This document shows, piece by piece, positions 57,773 through 64,000 of a stretch of 64,000 nucleotides of DNA. Each line of letters begins with the position of its first letter. The stretch's first letter is position 1. Origin of the DNA: Selaginella moellendorffii (lineage: Eukaryota > Plantae > Lycopodiophyta). Under the pieces are notes generated by a model. It was given only the letters and a program-made list of their open reading frames with translations. It was not told where the DNA came from and searched no databases. Position numbers and translations under genes: made by a program. The stretch is from positions 179,982-243,981 of the forward strand of contig NW_003314335.1 in assembly GCF_000143415.4 (NCBI RefSeq). The letters run 5' to 3'.

Positions 57773-60749
57773 GTATTTTTTTTTCATGGTTTAAACAATT
57801 TGAATTTTCTTTGTAGGAGCATAATGGCTAATGATAGTATGCAAGTTAAGGGTGTTATGCAACCAAGGGCTGAATTTCCTAAGTTATCTTGCTTACGATT
57901 TCTTGCATGGTGAGACATTTTAAAATAATGATAACCTTGTTGTGTGGTATGCAATACAACCATAAATTTAGTGGTAAACCACTAATAAGCTAGAACATGT
58001 ATACATTTTTAAGATAGGTACCACACACAATAATACAATAAAACGTTGTATAGTATAACTATTATTGTGTATGATTGTCTTTTTCTATAATGGGCCATGG
58101 TGGGTAATGTTATTTAGTGGCATATGATTCTCTAGTAGCACTTGGTGCTAGAATGTTGTGTTTTAGTATTGCTTTACTTCTTTCCTTTATCCTATCTTTC
58201 TCTCAAGTCTAAAAGTTGGGCAAAATTACTTTTAATATATGTGGTTTTGACTTTATACCTTATAGTGAAATACCATAGAATAATCATGGATTGAAATCTA
58301 ACCCTTAGACACATGTGTTAGGGTAATGAGTGGGACTTGAGTTTCAAAGCCTTGGGCCATTAAATGAAGGGATGAAGCTAAATTCCCAAGTGTTACATAG
58401 GATGTATAAGATGTATTATATTGATGTCCTTGCAATGCATATTCTAGCCTAGACCATTACTAATAAAAAAACTCCAAAAAAATTCACAATGTTCATATTC
58501 TATAAGAAATGCACCAACTTAAATGAGTTATAAAATTATATCTTTGTTTACACAAAATGTGCTAATACTCAGATATTGCGTTTGTGATGTGGATCTGGCA
58601 ATGGAGTTCCATACATGTTATATAGTCAACGAGATGTGATAATCTAACCTTAACCAATAAAGAAGTGACTAATGGAGTCAACTACCTTTGTTGTTTTGGA
58701 TGTCACTCAAGTTACAAAAATTGATATGCCTTTATTTATAGGTGATATAGAGAAAGAAGCCACCCCTTATCAAACAAGCCAAAATAATTAGTAAAGTTTA
58801 AATAGACTATTATAGATAAGTAGTTAGAATTGTTTACACAATCACACTCTTTTCACAAATAAAAATATCAAGAGAGAAGCAAGTGATGTGATTAGCTTCC
58901 CTATAATTAGAGTTTTCACTAAGCATATAAAGTGTCACAATGTAGCACATATAGTTTTCACCCTTTACCCTATGATAATTACCACAGGATAACCATGAAG
59001 CAAAACATAAACCCTTGGCCATGTGTCCATGGGCAGCAGAGTGGAACTTGAGTTTTAGGGTGTTTAAGCCACTAAAGGAAGGGACTAAGCCAAACTCTCA
59101 AATATATAATTGAGTGAAGGAACCATAGTATAAAATAACTCTCAAGTAGTGAGCCTAAGGAATGGAGGGATAAAAGCACAAAGTGACATTAGAATAGTCT
59201 TAAAACACTTAGCATCCTATCATCAAGACCAACATGCAAAATAGAGTCAAACATGGTTTAACAATATTTTAGTATACTAGTAGTCTAACACAAGAATATA
59301 AATACTCCACTAACTAGCATCTAGGTTATACCTCAAAGCTCAAGTTTTAATTGTAGTTTAATACAAATATTATAAACTTTAAAATATTAAGGTTATGGCA
59401 AACTTAATAATTTCATAACTCTTTACACATTATATTGATAAAAGTGTTCTGAAGGACACTTCTTGTTCTAACAATTTAAATATTTACTACATTCTATAAT
59501 ACGATGTATGTTAGAATATAAACTAAGATGTTTGCAGAAAAAATATCCTCATCACTTCCTTGATTTTGTACTATGTGCTTTCTAACTAGTAAATATTAGG
59601 TGTATCAGAATTTTAAAATTATTAAATTTGAAATAAGATTCTATATAAGGCCATATAACCGTATAAAAGGAAAAAAAACAACTGTTAATGTAAGCTTGTT
59701 GTATATAAAAGAGAGACTTAGTTTTTTCTAAAATACATTTTTGAGGGATTTATCATAACATACTATCTAGAATTTATGGATTTTCACTTACACTCTCATT
59801 CAAAGAGAGGGAAATACACATAAATGTCTGTGGATTCTAGTGTTGGTAATTTTAACTTTTGCAATTTCTTTTTCTAAGGTTTAAGGGCTAAGAGATACAA
59901 TAGCTATCCCATTGTACAGCATAATTAAACCACACAAGAGAAAAAAAGAAAGGATAATGAAAATAGTGATTATATATTGAAGATAAATGTAATAACAAAG
60001 GGTGTAATAAATTGGGTGAAAAGAATGCCTCCTATTTATTTTAGAAAATTGTAATTTTGTGACTTTTAAGAAATGTTTCATATATTTTCTGACTTCTGGT
60101 GGAAATAATGGCGAAGATCAATATTGGTATATATGTTCTCATGACACATTACAATATTATGCACCTAAAAGACTCATAAAATATTTTTTGAGATGGTAAA
60201 GATAGAAATGGAGATATATGATAACTATGGGAAGTATTATGAAAAGAACACATGTAAATATATAAATAAAAAGTAAAATGAAAAAATATTTATTTATTAA
60301 TTATATAAAGTATAATAAGTTTATAGCAGTGATAGAGAATAAACATTAATAGTCTTGGCAAATCTAGTTAACTTCAAAAGTCTTTTACGATTCAACACTA
60401 GTAAAGCTTGTTTGGTGAATATGAATGTCCACTTTAGGATTCTAGTGTAAAATGTTGATAAAAATGTAGTATATATGCTTGTAAAGAGTATATGCCTTCC
60501 CATGTTCCTCAGTACAAAAAGAAAAGTTTTAAATGGCAATTGTGTGCTCTCTACTTTTTATTTTGATTATATACTCCTTTACAAGCACAGTGATATATTT
60601 TATGGAGAGAATCTTACACTTAAACATTTGAGTCAAGCCTATTTTATTTTGCTTCTACTTAGAGATTGTACTTACCTTTTCTTATTAGTCTCTTATGCAT
60701 CTTTATGGGAATAATCCTGGTTCTATCATTTATATCTCCAACTCTCCTC

Positions 60750-63100
60750 TCAAGATTGAAACTAAATTTCTCAAGGTTTTCAATTTCATTCAAGGTGAGT
60801 GCAACCCCATTAGCAACTAGCTATTCTTTAGGTACTTTATGAAGTTTAGTTACTGTCTTTAAGCCACTTTGTATGGTTGATATCGGTGTTGCAATAATAC
60901 AACCAACACCATCTTGAAAATCTTGTTTGCTTTTGTGCCCCATAAAAACATAGGGTTGGAACAAAAGCAAAATATGGATCCAAGCCTAACATTTGCCCTT
61001 CGGTAGCATCCCCACACACCTTATATTGGATTTTGCTAACACTTGGTGGATTACCCATTATCTTAACTCCACGCTAGAATAAACAATTTCAACCTATTGT
61101 AATGCACTTTTTTCATCAGCCATTTGAGGTGGCTCAGTCCAAGGGTGGTGCCTTAGAGCAAAATGGTATTTAACATTAGGTTTGTGAAAACGTTTTGCTC
61201 TAAGGTCCGTGCTAACATCTTCACCAATAAAGGAAAAGCGACACTTTGAGCAAAACAATCTTCATATCACTAATAAAAGCCTAGGGAGTGTGCTCTATAG
61301 ATGTGCCATGAACCACTTCCTCAACTGTAATTGCCATTATTCGGGTAAGTGGAATTAATTTTCTCTTCATCCTAACATATAACATCTTAATAAAAGATCT
61401 TGTTACCATATATCTTCCTTCCTTGAATGTTAATGCTTTTAAAGACTACTTTATAACGTATATCAAATTTGATAGATAAGTTTTGTATAGATTCATTTTC
61501 CCTTTCCCTACCTCAGAGGAACACCAACTCCAGTACTTTTGGAGAGATTCATAATTGGGGTGTATAAGAAGTTCTTAAATGGTTGATCATAATGGAAAAG
61601 ACAATATTAAGAAGCAATAAAATGAGAAGAAAAATAGAAACTAACCTGAAGAGAGTGATGTCCCCACTAGAACATCCTAACTTCCCACCACCCTAACCAA
61701 GACTCAAGTTGTGGTAAATAACTTATATCTATATGACTACCTTCACGCCACCATATTCAAATTTCATTTATTTTTGCCTTATGCTCTTCTTCAGAAGGTG
61801 CAACTTGCTATTATTTGCATAACTCCTTAAATATTGATTGAAACTCTAGCTTGATAAGGTGGTAATATTGGTTTAGGCTTTGAGCTCAATGGAACACATA
61901 AGTCCTCTCATAACCTTCCAATAGCTGACCATTTTTAAAAACTACTCAGACACCATTCTAGTTTGCACCATCTGCCATAAAACTGCAAAAGTTTATAGGC
62001 TTACCAATTTGCTTTAGTACAATATCAAAAAAGGATTTCTAAAATATTTCCTAGGCTATTTGGTCTTGTACTTTAAACATTGCTGTCGCAATTATCAAGT
62101 TATATGTATCTTATTAAAACACAAATATTACAACCCTTTCAATATAATAAGAATAAAAATTACTTTGGATCAGACTTATTGTAGATATCTTGAAGATGAA
62201 GGAGCACTCTTGTTCATTCACAATTTAGTTTAGAAATAAACTTTTATAGATGAACTCATATGAATAAGTCTATTTTAGTTCAAGGATGGAGTCAATTTTT
62301 TATTGCAACTTCTCCTCTCAAGACTCATACATCTAAGATTTTATCCTAAACAATATAATGTAAAAAAAAAAATTATTGTAACATATAAAATACAATGGAC
62401 TTACCTCCTTAGGCTAGTAGCAGGTTGCAAACACCTTACTCAATCCAAGCTGCTAAAAAACTCAACTAAACAAAACTAGCTTGTGGGATTTACTATAAGG
62501 AGTTTGCAATAAAATCCTTGAGAATGGTCTTCTAAATATGTTTTGGAGTTGTAAATGAGTTTTCACAGTCTCTTCTTGCACAACATCTTTGAAACAATTG
62601 AAAGAACTCCTTTATATCCCTTCTTACATTGGATGCATATGTATGCCAACATACACTGTAGCTCTTCTAGCCACTCCATCTTATAGAAGAAAGTAATACA
62701 TTTTGGCCTTGCAGATAGCACAACATAGAGGAACATTTTTGTAGAATCAACACTTGAATTCAATAGCAATAGTATCATAGGCAGGAGGATTGATTACAAA
62801 CCCTTCGAAAAATATAAAATTTTTATAGCGATCTTGACTGCATGTTTCATCTACGTAATCTAAATGCCCACCATAATAAACTATAAACACTGTGCATTCA
62901 AAATGTTAGAAATGTGTGGTCTTGATCTTGCACCAATTATGAATATCCTATTTGGTTTCCATCCCCTTCTGTTTGGAATCTGTGTTGTTGATAAAAGATG
63001 GTATCTTGAAGAAAATGTTGCCATTGTAAGAGGATGGAAGCTCACTCACAAGCCTATGCAAAAACAAGCACACATTGATTGAGAGATGCAAAAATTTGAA
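60750..63100 (-). mobile_element. Decayed transposase gene with GCM-like Zn-binding N-terminus and MULE-like core, inside an AT-rich island spanning ~57900-64000
   Basis: Ordered relic blocks: LPSSYNGNIFF..GME..D.HNWC; P.CCAICKAKMYY..RATVYVGIHMHP; IDSILELK..FIFK; WW..LESWLGWWEVRM..WG; VP...LVANGVALTLNEIENLEKF. Many stops and frameshifts. Confidence 0.6.
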
Positions 63101-64000
63101 AGCTTTGCTAATGGCTTTAAATACTGTTGAAAATGAAGTTGGTGAATTTGGTGCTGGCACTAATATAACTTCTCCACTTAAACTAAAAAAAGACAAGAGG
63201 ATAATGGTTAACTCTTGTCTCACATTCACTTTGGTTGGAGAATATCTTGGCATTTTGATTAGAGATCCAAAAACTCAAATCTCTTTTGACTTAGAATTTT
63301 ATAAATCCCATTGCTGTTTGCCCTCACCCACACTAAAAAGAAGAAATTATGAGTATGCAATTATACTAGTGTTGTTGCAAATCATAGCCTCTAAAGAAAT
63401 AAAGCTAAGATGAAGATCAAAACATTAATATAAAAACTTTCATAAACAATACTCTGAGAGAATGAAAAAGTTTGGTGATCTTGAAAATGTAGAAGACACT
63501 TCTCCATCCTTCTTAATAAGTTTTGGAGTTCTCTCTCTTTATGCTACTTGTAAAAATCCACAGTGAGATATAATTGAAATTTAAGGAGAGCAATGTCAAC
63601 AATGTATAAAATGAATTTAAATTTTATAGCAAATTTAACATGTGTAAGTGTGATAGTATTAATATTATTGTAATCTATTATGATGTCTAATGCATGTATG
63701 TACATAGATCCAAGGAAGGATTTTCAACATTTGAAGTTTGATAGTTAATAATGATATCAGTAATGATATTTTGCTATAGCGTGTCAATCTAAGAGATCTA
63801 GTCTAACAGTCAGTATGTGTGATATGTCAAGTTGTCAAATTTTAAGTGCTAGATAATGATAAATCTCGTCATATTGTACTATATTAATTTATAAATGTAT
63901 GAATCCTCATCCAGAAATTTATTTGTGCTGTATTAGATCATGTACAATAGACATGTGCTTTAAATGTTATTGAGCAATGTTCACAATTATGGATAAAACT

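Noticed and set aside
63075-63413. Plus-strand ORF with EVGEFGAGT resembling a DNA methyltransferase motif I
   Set aside because: The minus strand carries the coherent transposase blocks, and no catalytic (D/N/S)PP(Y/F) motif was seen.

Overview
Gene-dense nuclear DNA of a non-seed land plant. The ~50-70 bp introns, tiny intergenic spacers, PLS-type PPR and a kinase resembling SELMODRAFT_444075 point to the lycophyte Selaginella (probably S. moellendorffii). About 25 protein genes can be modelled: bHLH, SAUR, USP-kinase, two CASP-like, ABHD17, rolling-stone-like, LRR, three ankyrin genes, QPT, C2H2-EAR, ZWINT-like, enoyl-CoA hydratase, bTHX, RanBP2 zinc finger, PPR, uS15 and several orphans. 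They are interrupted by AT-rich, CG-depleted islands of decayed transposon DNA. Highlights: (1) a head-to-head pair of small secreted, probably GPI-anchored polybasic peptides sharing a W-box-rich 320 bp promoter; (2) a tandem duplication with ancestral ends near 16.27 and 32.70 kb, showing reciprocal gene loss and a scrambled inverted third relic; (3) a RanBP2 zinc-finger protein with an apparent mitochondrial presequence, head-to-head (89 bp) with a DYW-less PPR, inside a run of five organelle-targeted genes; (4) co-directional gene chains with 62-80 bp stop-to-start spacers and a 26 bp tail-to-tail CDS overlap; (5) an orphan with axonemal-protein-like motifs; (6) a decayed GCM-like/MULE-like transposase. 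All gene models were spliced by eye and no database searches were run.
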